From Ylistrum balloti (taxonomy: Eukaryota): a stretch of DNA of 64,000 nucleotides. The stretch's first letter is position 1. Every line of letters begins with the position of its first letter. The translations under genes were made by a program, and so were the position numbers. The notes beneath the pieces are model-generated. The model was given only the letters and a program-made list of their open reading frames with translations, had not been told where the DNA came from and ran no database searches. This document shows, piece by piece, positions 12,029 through 23,556 of this stretch. The stretch spans positions 620,001 to 684,000 of the forward strand of contig NW_026782147.1 in NCBI RefSeq assembly GCF_031769215.1. The letters run 5' to 3'.

Positions 12029-12729
12029 ATGTAAATACATATTAAACTTTGTTTAATGTAATTTATTAATGTTCCAGAAGAAATGTGAAATGTGAAAGAA
12101 ATAAGAAAGTACACACTGGTCGAGTGTCACAGGCCTGCGGACATCATGGAGGAACAAAGGTTGCACACTCTACTTATATCATAATGTACATTTTACATTG
12201 GAATCTAAATTTCTTTTTCCACGACCTCGCCTACAGCCCACCTTTTACAAGGTATAAGCTTAATTAGTGGATAATTTGAACCGCCATTAGGTCATATTTA
12301 TTGTGTTTCAACAATATTTACAACAATGTTTTGTATGTAACGTTATTGTTGTATGGAGTTTTTCATACCCCATCTGTGACTGTTTCTCAAAAAGATATTT
12401 ACACGAAAGTTTTGTATATGCACATTTATTGAATTTTGTTGTGTATGTACATCGTAATGTATACGGCCATTTTCAATTCATATATAGAGTTGGTTGTTTT
12501 CTGTTGAATGAACAAGTCTAACAAGTTCGCCATGGTAATGATGCATAACAATGTTAATCATTTATAATAAATACTATATCAAAGCGAATGTTAAGTGTGG
12601 TATCGTTACATTTTGTATAATAACTATGAGATCGAGAAACAATTGGACAAGATGCTCCATATATATCACAAGTCCATTTGCTCATATGCGCACATTGCTC
12701 ATTGCTTGAATTGAAAGTCATGTGATTTT

Positions 12730-12917
12730 TGTGCGTGTGTGTTGTGTGGTCGTCTGCCTTATTGGCCTGAGGCCAATATTGAAAACACTCATTTATGATT
12801 ATGTCATTAATTAACTTATCGTTTTATCATACCGGACACGTGTGTTCCGGGAAGTAAACCCCGTGAAAGGTGACCAGGTGAAAGGCGGGTGCGTTACCGC
12901 TGCGCCACCCGACCACC
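12730..12917 (-). mobile_element. tRNA-derived SINE (copy in duplicate A)
   Basis: Minus strand begins GGTGGTCGGGTGGCGCAGCGGTAACGC (A box TGGCGCAGCGG), degenerate B box, CA-rich tail. Confidence 0.6.
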
Positions 12918-13343
12918 TTCTTGAATGTTTTAGTTTGATTTGTATTGATAAACGTTTGGTCATCATCCAGTTTTATAACGGACGCAAGGAATTAAGTTGA
13001 AGAATTAGATGTGATTGGTGGTTTTTGGCGTAAATTTCAGATTGATAACATACGAAATGAATAGAATATTATGGATCTTTCAACACAAAATATGCCGAGA
13101 TGACAAGGAGAATTCGAAATCATAAAGTTTAGTTAATTGGTCAACTCAGTCTTCAGTGTCAGATAGTGATCAGAATTACGCAGTGGGTACAGGGGGTGGG
13201 GGTTTCAGATCTGGAATTAAAAGAAAAGTGAGAAGCAACAGTAAGATGTATATTCTGAGTGAAATACTTAACGATGCCGGATATGACATGTGTAACAATT
13301 TCTATTCAATGGACATTTTCACTCCTTTGTTATTCAAGTACTT

Positions 13344-14130
13344 ACTGACGACAGAATAAAGGCGTCCTTTGTTTTGAGTTCATCATTTGTGACACAAACC
13401 TCCTGTTCCAGCACTGACACGTTTTTGACGCGACTTTGTATTGTTTCGTCCTCCGTCCAACGACGTACTAGGTGTCTGAAGTCCGTAAGTGATACATCCC
13501 TATGCTCAAACATGTATCTTCTCATTTCGCGTCGCAGCTGTGTCAATTACTCCATCAGTGAACCTCTCTTTCAACATCAGATCTTTATCACCAACTATCA
13601 GTCTGTCTTTCTTCACAATTCTATCCATTTATTTCAATAAACCCAAAGAATATTCCTGTAAAGTCTCCGATTTATTTTGATTTCGTTGGTTAAACCTTTG
13701 TTGTAACTGTCCAACAGTTTCAGCTTCCTGAAATGTTGTCCCGATTATATCGAAAATTTTAGATTTTTGTATTTCTGGCCTTACGCGAATTTTGTCTTTC
13801 GCTTGTCATTTTAAGTGAGCATATAAAAAACTCCAGTTGAGCATCACTTTTGTTGATAGTTTTCAAGTGATTATTGCATCCTCTATCCACTCCTCAGCTG
13901 TAGGGTCTGTGTCTTTCACAGGTCTTCTTGAGAATGTCTCCAATTTCCTGTTTTTGTCAATATAAACAGTTTTCGGAGAAACTGCATACGATTCCAGCTA
14001 ATGTTTGGTTCTTAACAGTTCCTTCTCTAATCTGTCTGCACGCACAGTCTCGCTGTCTATTCGTTGAACGTCTCGTCTTAAGTTATCCTATTCTGGCTTT
14101 AATTCCTTCATTTCTGCTATATTGTTTCAG
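13344..14130 (-). pseudogene. Ty3/Gypsy gag (PNMA-like) remnant
   Basis: Broken frames give AEEWIEDA...QAKDKIRVRP...ETVGQLQQRFNQRNQ...ETLQEYSLGL...LMLKERFTDGV...QLRREMRR...DFRHLVRRW; several stops and frameshifts. Confidence 0.65.
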
Positions 14131-15947
14131 TTATTTCGCAATACTCGAATCTTTCGTCTAGGTAATGTTAACGTATTATACGAGGTTCAGAAGTAATGCA
14201 CCGGAAGTAGCGAGAAACATCCCACATAACATCTGATACAACACCTCTGGTATCATACGTATACGTAAAAATGTTATCAGAAACAGTCTATGTATATGCG
14301 AACAAGTAAACTGTGACATTTTTCTTTTTTTCAATGTGTAACTTGGTTGTACGTATTAAAAAAATGGTAATTGTTGTATGAAGTACTGAAATTGACTTGA
14401 GGTTTTGGCTCTGCGTTTAAACCACCACAATATTTGGATGTTTCGGTCTTCTTAGTGATCCTTTATATATGACGCCATACTGTGGCTCAAAACAATAGCA
14501 AAACTACGCTGTGTCAGATCCACTTTAGGCCTGATTAAAAATTTCCCTAATTAATATCACACTACAGGAAAAATAACAAAATATAGAAATACAGGGAAAA
14601 AATTGCAATACGAAAGTAAGAACAAATAATGAAAAAATATAAACACCAACTACATGACAATATTCACTAGCACAATCAGCAATGTCCATTGCACCGGAAG
14701 TACCTGCAACCGGAGGTCATGGTATACCATCTCAGATTAGCAGTATCAAGGGTTCAGGACGTATCTTGGTAGCGGAAGTCATGATATCCCATCTCAATTG
14801 CCTGTCTGTTGAAGAATCCTGTCCACGACGCCATAAATGCAACCAGAGTCTCTGCTTCAGTTCGATTCTTATTTAATGTAACTACAGACGAAAGGCATTC
14901 GTTTGCAATATATTAAAAACATAGCATTCAATAAAAACACAGATAATAACGCACCTTTAACAAATTGAAATAAAAGAATGAGACTTATTGACATTTTGAC
15001 CATCATCATACAATTACATTGATGGTCACGTCTCACATATTATTACATACACCTTTGTCATAAGTTACACCGAGATACAGGGTGTATTAACATGACCTAT
15101 GTCAACAGTAATGAGAACAGTGTTAACAAAACTCACCCTAACAAAGGTAGACGAGATATGATAATCCTTCTTCGCTTCACAATACATCTCGCTGAGATGA
15201 ACACCTGAATAGACAACAATCTTTTTCAAAAGAAATTTACGCTATATGAAAAATACAATAATAAAAATTCAGTAAATTAAGAGATTCAAACCTCGACTAC
15301 GAGAATTAAAAGTCATCTCAAATTACAGCACCACGACCTTATCCATTACACTATCGCTATCAAATAGTAATGAAGCGAATACACTAATTGACACTTACGA
15401 TGTAATTACATATATGTAGATACAGGTAAACTATAAACCAACAGCAACGATCACAAATACATTAAGGTGTGTTAACACGTACTTTCCATATTCCAGTTAT
15501 ACTTATAGTATAGTTATAGTAAATCACAAACAGATATATAACTTAGAAATCAAATTGCTAACTCAGACGTTTGAAAACAGGTACTAACCGTCTGCTGTCG
15601 GATATCAAACTTCCAGATCGACCAAAAAGAAATAATTTTGAACTGATCGCTGAAATTCGATTGGTCGACGCAGTTCGTTTTATTACGTGAATAAACTTTA
15701 AATCTTTTATATAAATTACGTACTCGTTGTTACATATGCTGAACCTATCCGTAGAATATAATATGATTATAATGGTAATTTGATATTTATATTAAATTAT
15801 AGTTTATATACACCATACAGTACAGTATAGTGCCCTGTTGGAAGAGAAGTGTTGCTGTGGTCAATTTATTTTTCCTTTTCTCCGTCATACCTTTTTACTG
15901 TAAACCCGTTCTTGTACTCAACTTCTCAAATTTTGTGGATACAAGAA

Positions 15948-16131
15948 GAAGTGGGAACAATCTGTTGTGGTTTGCGACCTTTCGTCTGGAAGTGGGAACA
16001 ATCTGTTATGGTTTGCGACCTTCCGTCTGGTGGTTTGCGACCTTTCGTCTGGAAGTGGGAACAATCTGTTGTGGTTTGCGACCTTTCGTCTAGAAGTGGG
16101 AATAATCTGTTGTGGTTTGCGACCTTTCGTC
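15948..16131 (+). repeat. 41-bp minisatellite, ~4.5 copies
   Basis: Unit gaagtgggaacaatctgttgtggtttgcgacctttcgtctg; gtggga recurs at 15951, 15992, 16055, 16096. Confidence 0.95.
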
Positions 16132-16928
16132 GGTCTCGCGAAGCATAAGTGCTCCAAGAAAAAGTACCTCATAGTGGATATGTCAGCACCTCATCAAGAC
16201 CTGAACAACCCTAGCTTGAATAGCCTCATTGATAAAATTACGTGTTCACTGGAGTACACTACTATAGCCGATGCTATTGCGCTTATCAAGGGGTTAGGAA
16301 AAATGCATGGTTAATGAAAACGGACATTACAGATGCGTTTAAGCTACTGCCTATTAAGCCAGAATTGTGGCCGTATCATGGGATCAAATGGGATGGACAT
16401 TATTATTTTTTTTCCACTAGACTAGTTTTCGGCAGTCGTTCTAGCCCTAAAATATTTGACCATCTATCTCGTGTGCTGGATTGCAGAGAATAAATATAAC
16501 AGCAAACACATCCTGCATCTGTTGGATGATTTTCTTGTCATAGAACCTGTTCATGCTAACGCGTCTGAGACTATGATCAATTTCCAGAATGTGTTTAGAG
16601 ATCTTGACATCCCAATCGGTGCACATAAAACTGTTGGACCTGCCACCATGTTGGAGTACTTGGTGTGTTTTTAGATTCCAGTCGTATGGAATAGAGTTTA
16701 CCTTTAAACAACATATCGCATTATCTCAGTTCTCGAGTCCTTTGCTCACAGGAAATCGTGCACTAAGAGAGAGCTTCTGAGTTTATTAGGTCATGTGAAC
16801 TTTGCCAGTAGATGTATTAGACCTGGGAGATCTTTTGTATCGCGCCTTATTTCGCTTTCAACAACTGTGCGCGAACTTCATTTCTATGTTAAAATCACTG
16901 AAGAGTGTCGTTCAGATCTTAACATGTG
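16132..16928 (+). pseudogene. Ngaro RT relic
   Basis: LIVDMSAPHQD..., LMKTDITDAFKLLP..., RLVFGSRSSPKIFD, HLLDDFL; multiple frameshifts; homologous to 52274-53076. Confidence 0.9.
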
Positions 16929-16929
16929 T

Positions 16930-17788
16930 ACCATGTCTACCTATGGCTTCAGTGATGATGAACTGGTCGACGAGGACTTGCTGATTAGATTTGTAACATA
17001 TTGCCAAAAGGCTTTACAGTTAAAATTTGACACTATCAAACTTTACGTATCTGGCGTCAGATTCCATTATATCAAGAATAAGCTCGGTGATCCTACTGCC
17101 AATACACTTAGGTTGTCGTATATCCTAAGAGCTACTAAGAGAACTCAATTGAATATTTCTGTAAGACGTTTGCCTATTATTTGTTCTTAATTGAAAAGCA
17201 TGTGTGCAGCTATTGCGAAGTGTGGTTTCTATAACCCTTTTGTCGATTTAATGTTATGTATTTTGAAAACCGCTTTTTATGTTTTTTTGAGATGCGGCGA
17301 GTTCAACTGTAAAACTTTTAGCGACAGCAATTTTATATGTATCGGTGACATCAGTGTTTTACCAGATTTGTCATGTTTTACGCTTACTTTGCGTCATTCC
17401 AAGCGAGGTCCTTTCGGCAAAGGTGTAGCTATAAATGTTTTAAGAACGAGTTTTTGTCACCAGTCTCCACTACGAATAAGTATGTCAATCGTAGAGTAGC
17501 ATCAGGTGCTTCTCCTTCAGCTCCTCTATTTGTAGATCATGCTCATTTATCTCGACCTTTAATGCGCCATACTTTTACTTGAAAGAGATCCTAACAAGGA
17601 TAGGTGTAGACAATCAGTCCTACAACGGTCATTCCTTTCGAATTGGTGCCAGAACTTCTGCTGCTCCAGCAGGGGTGGAAGATCATATGATTCAGACACT
17701 TGGTAGATGGACATCAGATGGTTTTATTCGCTAGATTTACATAGATCCAGGTACTCTGCGCCGTGCGCAAACTGATATATCCTATTGA
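16930..17788 (+). pseudogene. Ngaro tyrosine recombinase relic
   Basis: VDEDLLIRFVTYCQK..., FLRCGEF, HSFRIGA, LGRWTSD; stops and frameshifts. Confidence 0.88.
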
Positions 17789-18682
17789 TCATGAGGGTGC
17801 TTGTAAAAACTTTCCCTCCGATATGGAAATGCAACTATTATTTGTTTGACAGACATGTGATGAAGTTAGAAGTTAAGTCTTCTATATTTTACCTTGTGTT
17901 TCTTTTAAAAAGTACATATATATGCTGTTCTCTCTGGTTCTATATTATATCATTTTGTTATATTACCATATCATTTGGGGGCTCTCACTCTATGTTTACA
18001 ACATTTACGTTCTTTTTTTTTTGTCGTTTAATTCTCAGGGGAACTTTACCCCCAATCTCATAATAATAGAATATTCTTATACGATCATATGTTTCAGCTT
18101 CTTTCATGTTGTTGAGCGTCTAGCTTACATATTCAGCTTCTTTCATGTCGATGAGGGTCTAGCTTACATATTCAGCTTCTCTCATGTAATTGAGGGTTTA
18201 GCTTACATATTCAGCTTCTCTCATATCTTTGAGGGTCTAGCTATTTCGTTGAATATTCTATTTTGTCTGCGTTGCAGAGTCCAGTAGCTTCTCTGAAATC
18301 GTTCAGGGTCTAGCTGCTTCTCTGTCTCTCTTCAATGCTGCTAATCTGGCTACTCTGAGTAACTTCGGAGTCCATTTCTTTGGTATATATAGAATTATGC
18401 TAGTAAATTATATCTTGTTAAATAGAGTGAGTAGCCCCTGGAACGCCAAACCATATATCATACGTTGTAGTAACGTAATAAACAGATCAACTGTTCTTGC
18501 GGATTGTTGTTGTATATAAAATGGTAATTTGATATTTATATTAAATTATAGTTTATATAGTACAAGTTTGTTCTTCCTGTCGGTCATAGTGAGTAGTCCT
18601 GCATGTTGATGTGTATGTATGCTAATAAGGTTAGGGATGATGTGGTGTAGCCAACCAGTGACCACTAAATTATCACCGTGCC

Positions 18683-19702
18683 AGAGCAGTTGAGCGAACT
18701 CTCCATCATTGGCCAGCCCTGAAGTCGTACTTCTTATCTCACGAAGATGTAGAGAAGCCTGGACGTGTCAAGAGATGTGCTGACCTGTTGTCTAACCCTG
18801 AGATGTTGCTCTACTTCCATTTCCTGCAATTTCTTCTCCCCTTCCTTGTGAAATTCAACACCATGTTCCAGGCAGATGACACTCGTCTTCCATACCTGGG
18901 GAAGGAGATGCAACAACTCTTGAGGAAGCTGCTTGGAAAGTTTGTCTTGGCGAAGACGATAAGGGAAGCAGAGGATGTGACAGCCGTACCTTACAGAGAC
19001 ACCACTGTTCATCTGAAAGATCCATACCTAGCTGTTGGACTTTGCACTCGGGCTTACCTAAGTGAGCATGATGAAGACACTCAAGGAGTCACAGCAAGGT
19101 TCTTCAGCAGTGTGAGGAGATTTTACATAGCAGCTGTGGACAAGATGGTGAAGAAATTCCCATTTCATGACCCAGTCATCAACAAACTTCAGTTTCTTGT
19201 GCCTTCCTCACAGGATCATGTAAATCCAGCAAATGTTGTGGAGATAGGGAAGAGATTTCCTTCTGTCATTCAGGATGGTCAACTTGGCACACTTGAGGAG
19301 GAATATAGAGAATTTCTGTTATGCCCGGATGCTGACTTGCCAAAGTGGGAGGATGGGAAAACACCTGTAGACAGTTTCTGGGGAGGGATTGCCAGCTGTA
19401 AGACTGCAGTAACCAGGTCCATGCGATTCCCCATTTTGTACAAACTGGCCACATCATTGTGTACCCTGCCGAACAGCAACGCTGACTGTGAACGAGTGTT
19501 TTCAGTGCTACGGAAGGTACAAACGGACCAAAGATCACTTTTAGACCAGTCAACTTTGTCAGCTTTACTGACCTGCAAGCTGAACAGGGATGAGGACTGC
19601 TACAATTATAAGCCATCGACAACGACTTTAGCGACCGCGAAGTCTGCATGTGTTAGCTACAATAAGGAACTGTCATGTTCCCCCTCTATCTTCAGAGATT
19701 AG
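18683..19702 (+). pseudogene. hAT transposase, 3' portion (5'-truncated)
   Basis: Open frame RAVERTLHHWPALKSYF...FWGGI...LPNSNADCERVFSVLRKVQTDQRSLL (hAT C-terminal dimerisation motif); N-terminal part missing. Confidence 0.85.
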
Positions 19703-20119
19703 ACCGAGTTTCTATGCGATAAAATTAAATTATCTAAATTAGTGACATGTTTCTAATGGTTTGGATGCAAGATTATATTGTGTGGTTGTTGTAATTGGGT
19801 TTTTTTCTTTATGGAATTGTGTTCAGAGTCAGAGTGAGATCTCTATTTTGATATAATTTATTTCTATAAAAAAGCATCCAATATCAATGCAAGATTTGAT
19901 TATTAAAAACTTAAAAACCAATTGCACTTGTCTGGTTATTTTAAATTTTCCATCAGAAAGAAACAACATTTGATGCAAATAAATCACATTAATTTCTCAA
20001 TTCTGTTGTAGAAGAATTGATCAAATTTGTTAAATGAAACAAATAGCTAAAACATCAAATGTTGTTATTTCTGTAGGTCTATACTAGAGTGATCTCAAAT
20101 GCTTTGATTGGAACGTTTA

Positions 20120-20297
20120 CTGTATTTACCCTGCAATAAGCCCAGGAAGCCAGTGTTTAGTGATATTGAACAATATGTGGGGGTGAGCTTGTTGCAGAAT
20201 GCAGGGATAGTTTATGTAGGGCAGTGAATTTTGAAATCTCTGAAAAAGACATGGATGGGCTTATTATATGGCATGGGCTTATTGCAGGATAAAACAG
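20120..20297. mobile_element. Tc1/mariner-type MITE with TA target duplication
   Basis: TA|CTGTATTTACCCTGCAATAAGCCCA ... TGGGCTTATTGCAGGATAAAACAG|TA. Confidence 0.8.
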
Positions 20298-20409
20298 TAC
20301 TGGATTATGCAAATTCATGATCATGTGGTTATTCCTGATAACGCGAAACTGAGCGACCGAGTTGAAAATGTCGTTCACGTACTTTTCTCCCCCATGAGAA
20401 TTTCAAAAA

Positions 20410-20422
20410 GTTGGCAAGTATG
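20410..20422. mobile_element. candidate right TIR of the hAT element
   Basis: GTTGGCAAGTATG = reverse complement of CATACTTGCCAAC, a terminus type I recall from hAT elements; no left TIR found. Confidence 0.45.
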
Positions 20423-20907
20423 GGAGTTTGTAGTACCCACAGTATAGTAACCTGTTGGAAGAGAAGTGTTGAACTAATCGCTGAAATTTGATTGGTCGAC
20501 ACAGTTCGTTTTATTTCTTTTATATAAATTACGTACTCGTTGTTACGTATACTGAACCTATCCGTAGAATATAATTTGATTATAACAATAATAATTAATA
20601 TCATTGAAATACATGTAGTGTTAACCTACATTGTACATTTGTATCACGTGACTGTCATGTGACATAGACAATTTCTATATAGCATTGTATTGATAAAACA
20701 TAAGGGAACGAATATCAACAAGGAAACACAAATGATGTACAATTCACCATGTTACACGTATGAACATCATTCAGGTGATACACGGAAATGATACCGTCTT
20801 CCTTACTGAGCGGTCACTACTCAGAATCACGTGATTTACTGTTGTTTTGTACATAACTTTCAATGTAGCGCAAATACGAGGGATTTATTTTGAATGAGGT
20901 TGCCGAA

Positions 20908-22038
20908 ATGGAGCAGACGACACTTTTAGACATCCAGGACAACCTAACATCACACGAGGACGTACCCACACGAACACTGCACCAGGTAGGCGCCACATTG
21001 ATAGGGTCTTTGGGTTTCCTTGCAAATATGATGATTCTGATCGCAATCTTGAAGGCGAAACTATATCGACAAAATGTGATTTTGTTTGTTCTCAATTTGG
21101 TGATAAACAACGCGCTTGTTTGTGCGATCTCACTGCCATATATCGCCGCCATGTCTTTTAACTACACTGATGATGTGAACCTGACCATTTGTAAAGCTAT
21201 GGGGTATATCACATATTCCATAACAGCTTCCGAGTTATTGGGACTTGATCTCGTAGCCATAAACAGATATTTCCTTATAGTCAGATACAGCACATACTTA
21301 AACATCTACAACGACAAGAAAAACATAGCGATCATGATATGCTTGTCCTGGATAGTGTACCCGATAATACTGCTGTTTCCGGCGACCGAAGTTTGGGGAA
21401 GTTTTATGTATGACCGGAACAGATTTTTTTGCAATCCATTCAAAGCTAAGGACAGCTTCGGAATATTTCTCTCCGGATTCGCTGTGATAACTTCAGTTCC
21501 TTTACTGATCTTTGGATATACGAGTATTCTACCAAAAGTGTTTAAAACGAATCAACAAGTGAATATAACCCGGAGCAAGTCTGTGACCACTAAAAACCAC
21601 ACGGACAAGCTACGAAGACGTGACGTTCGTCTTGTGTCTTTAGTTCTGGTTTTACTAACAACATTTTGCCTAATGTATTTACCCTTTATTGTGCTATCCA
21701 TCATTGATATAAAAACGTCAGCGGTTGACCCCGGAATGCGCATCGCATTTCTTTACGTTGCTTGGGCACATTGTTTGGTAAACCCGTTTTTGTACGCTGT
21801 TCTGAACAGTCAGATCCGAAAGGCGATAAAAGACTTGTTTCTAGTGGTTGACGACAAGGATGGTATCTCCAGGATCACCAAAGTCAGCATATCAATTCCA
21901 TCGATACTTGTGTATGAACAAGTATTTCGGGAATTCAGCTACCGAATAGATGTAAAGAGTGTTGTTTTCAAGGGATTTCAAGTTTTCTTTTATCGAGGAT
22001 TGAAAGACATTGCGAAAAATAGAAAAGAAAATCAATAG
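20908..22038 (+). CDS. class A GPCR copy B with frameshifted, extended C-terminal tail
   Basis: ~97% identical to copy A by eye; 13-nt deletion (ggactggactgaa) after ATATCAA near 21895 replaces the last residues with a ~47-aa tail; all 7 TMs intact. Confidence 0.85.
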   Translation: MEQTTLLDIQDNLTSHEDVPTRTLHQVGATLIGSLGFLANMMILIAILKAKLYRQNVILFVLNLVINNALVCAISLPYIAAMSFNYTDDVNLTICKAMGYITYSITASELLGLDLVAINRYFLIVRYSTYLNIYNDKKNIAIMICLSWIVYPIILLFPATEVWGSFMYDRNRFFCNPFKAKDSFGIFLSGFAVITSVPLLIFGYTSILPKVFKTNQQVNITRSKSVTTKNHTDKLRRRDVRLVSLVLVLLTTFCLMYLPFIVLSIIDIKTSAVDPGMRIAFLYVAWAHCLVNPFLYAVLNSQIRKAIKDLFLVVDDKDGISRITKVSISIPSILVYEQVFREFSYRIDVKSVVFKGFQVFFYRGLKDIAKNRKENQ

Positions 22039-22589
22039 AGAGAATCTCTGGTTAATGACAATTGAATCAATAGCCCTTGTTACTTCATGCAACCGCGAAA
22101 GTTTTGAGTCACCGAAAAACATGACTTGCAGTAATATCGGATTTGTAATTATATATGGCTATATATATTCAAAGGAAACCTTATTTTTGCATTTCACCAG
22201 TGACTTTGTGACGTATCAAAACTAGTATCGGTTATCATAGAAAGTTTTATACATAGAATAGCATTTTTTTCATTAACGAAATCTAAATACATATTAAACA
22301 TTGTTTAGTGTAATTTATTAATGTTCCAGAAGAAATGTGAAATGTGAAAGAAATAAGAAAGTACACACTGGTCGAGTGTCACAGGCCTGCGGACATCATG
22401 GAGGAGCAAAGGTTGCACACTCTACTTATATCATAATGTTTCCAAACATGTACATTTTACATTGGAATCTAAATTTCTTTTAGATTTATATCAGCAGATT
22501 TATTTGGCTATATTTATCAACGGAATAAAGCGTTCTCGAAAAAGTTACTTTTTGACATAACGTTTTTGAACATGAACCTAGTTACTAGG

Positions 22590-22760
22590 TCGCCGTCTGC
22601 CTTATTGGCCTGAGGCCAATATTGAAAACACTTATTTATGATTAGGTTATTAATTAACTTATCGTTTGATCATACCGGGCACGTGCGTTCCGGGAATCAA
22701 ACCCAGTGAAAGGTGACCAGGTGAAAGGCGGGTGCGTTACCGCTGCGCCACCCGACCACC
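22590..22760 (-). mobile_element. tRNA-derived SINE (copy in duplicate B)
   Basis: Same head; B box GGTTTGATTCC on the minus strand. Confidence 0.6.
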
Positions 22761-23104
22761 TTCTTGAATGTTTTAGTTTGATTTGTATTGATAAACGTTT
22801 GGCCATCATCCAGTTTTATAACGGACGCAAGGAATTAAGTTTTGTGCAAATGTAATTTGTGAATTTTTGGTGTAAATTTCAACTAAATAACATACGAAAT
22901 GAATAGAATATTATGGATCTTTCAACACAAAATATGCCGAGATGACAAGGAGAATTCGAAATCATGAAGTTTAGTTAATTGGTCAACTCAATCTTCAGTG
23001 TCAGATAGTGATCGGAATGGGGGTGGGGTGGGGGGTGGGGGGGGGGGGGGGGGGGTGGCGGGATTTAGATTTGGAATTAAAAAAAAAGTGAGAAACAACA
23101 GTAA

Positions 23105-23556
23105 ATATAATTTTATCCGTTTGATTGGAGAATGTGGTATGTTTTTCCAATAGGTAGCGTGTTGGGTATTAGCACGTGCGGGTCGTGCTCATACATGTGT
23201 CCTGGTACCCGGGTCCGTCGTTCAGGCGACTCGGGTAGCGCGGTACACACGCATTTTTTTGTTTTTCGTAGGTGTAAGGATTTTTTCCTGTAAGCTTATT
23301 AAGTTTTGTTGGAAGAATTTTAATAATATTAATCAATTGAAATTAATTTTGATAATTTCGTTTGCTATTCAATTCAAACCAGTATTTAATAATTGAAGTT
23401 GTTTTCAAATGTAAGCAAGTTGCGCGTGCTTATGAACTATACATGTTTCTGTTAAATATTAAATGGTGTGGCAATAAATCCTGCGGTACCTTCTGTCGCT
23501 GTGAAAATACAGTTAATGGTCAATATTATTATCCTATTGGATAATTGAAAGGAGAA
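23105..23556. mobile_element. ~450-bp insertion specific to duplicate B, 3' hairpin (Helitron/Helentron-like or other non-autonomous)
   Basis: Absent from duplicate A (caacagtaa|gatgtat); subterminal hairpin ATTATCC-TATT-GGATAAT at 23528-23545. Confidence 0.55.

Larger units (their letters stand above)
10090..13343 (+). repeat. local duplication, unit A (GPCR + downstream flank)
   Basis: Colinear with 20763-23655 from aacatcattcagg to caagtactt, apart from copy-specific inserts. Confidence 0.9.
15771..18680 (+). mobile_element. decayed Ngaro/DIRS-type YR retrotransposon, different family from the 50-56 kb copy
   Basis: A-repeat start aatggtaatttgatatttatattaaattatagtttatata at 15771 and again at 18520; RT and YR relics; B repeat 17977-18438; gag and RNase H deleted. 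Confidence 0.88.

Noticed and set aside
12830-12917. tRNA gene
   Set aside because: A/B boxes present, but an internal duplication (cctttcac) and no complete cloverleaf; followed by SINE body and tail.
14877-15069. Possible Gypsy LTR (TGTAAC...GTTACA on minus) with PBS-like tggtataccatgacc at ~14715-14729
   Set aside because: No second LTR, the PBS-like motif is not adjacent to the putative LTR end, and the match is weak.
15948-16131. CRISPR-like appearance of the 41-bp repeats (also the 32-, 40- and 53-bp arrays)
   Set aside because: Units are contiguous with no unique spacers, there are no cas genes, and the context is eukaryotic.
17922-18287. Hydrophobic repeat ORFs in the B repeats (also 54813-55046, 55682-55942)
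   Set aside because: Arise from 39-bp sub-repeats; start and extent differ between copies and families.
23017-23058. Long G tract in duplicate B
   Set aside because: Simple expansion of a shorter G-run present in duplicate A (13184-13202); homopolymer length is unreliable.
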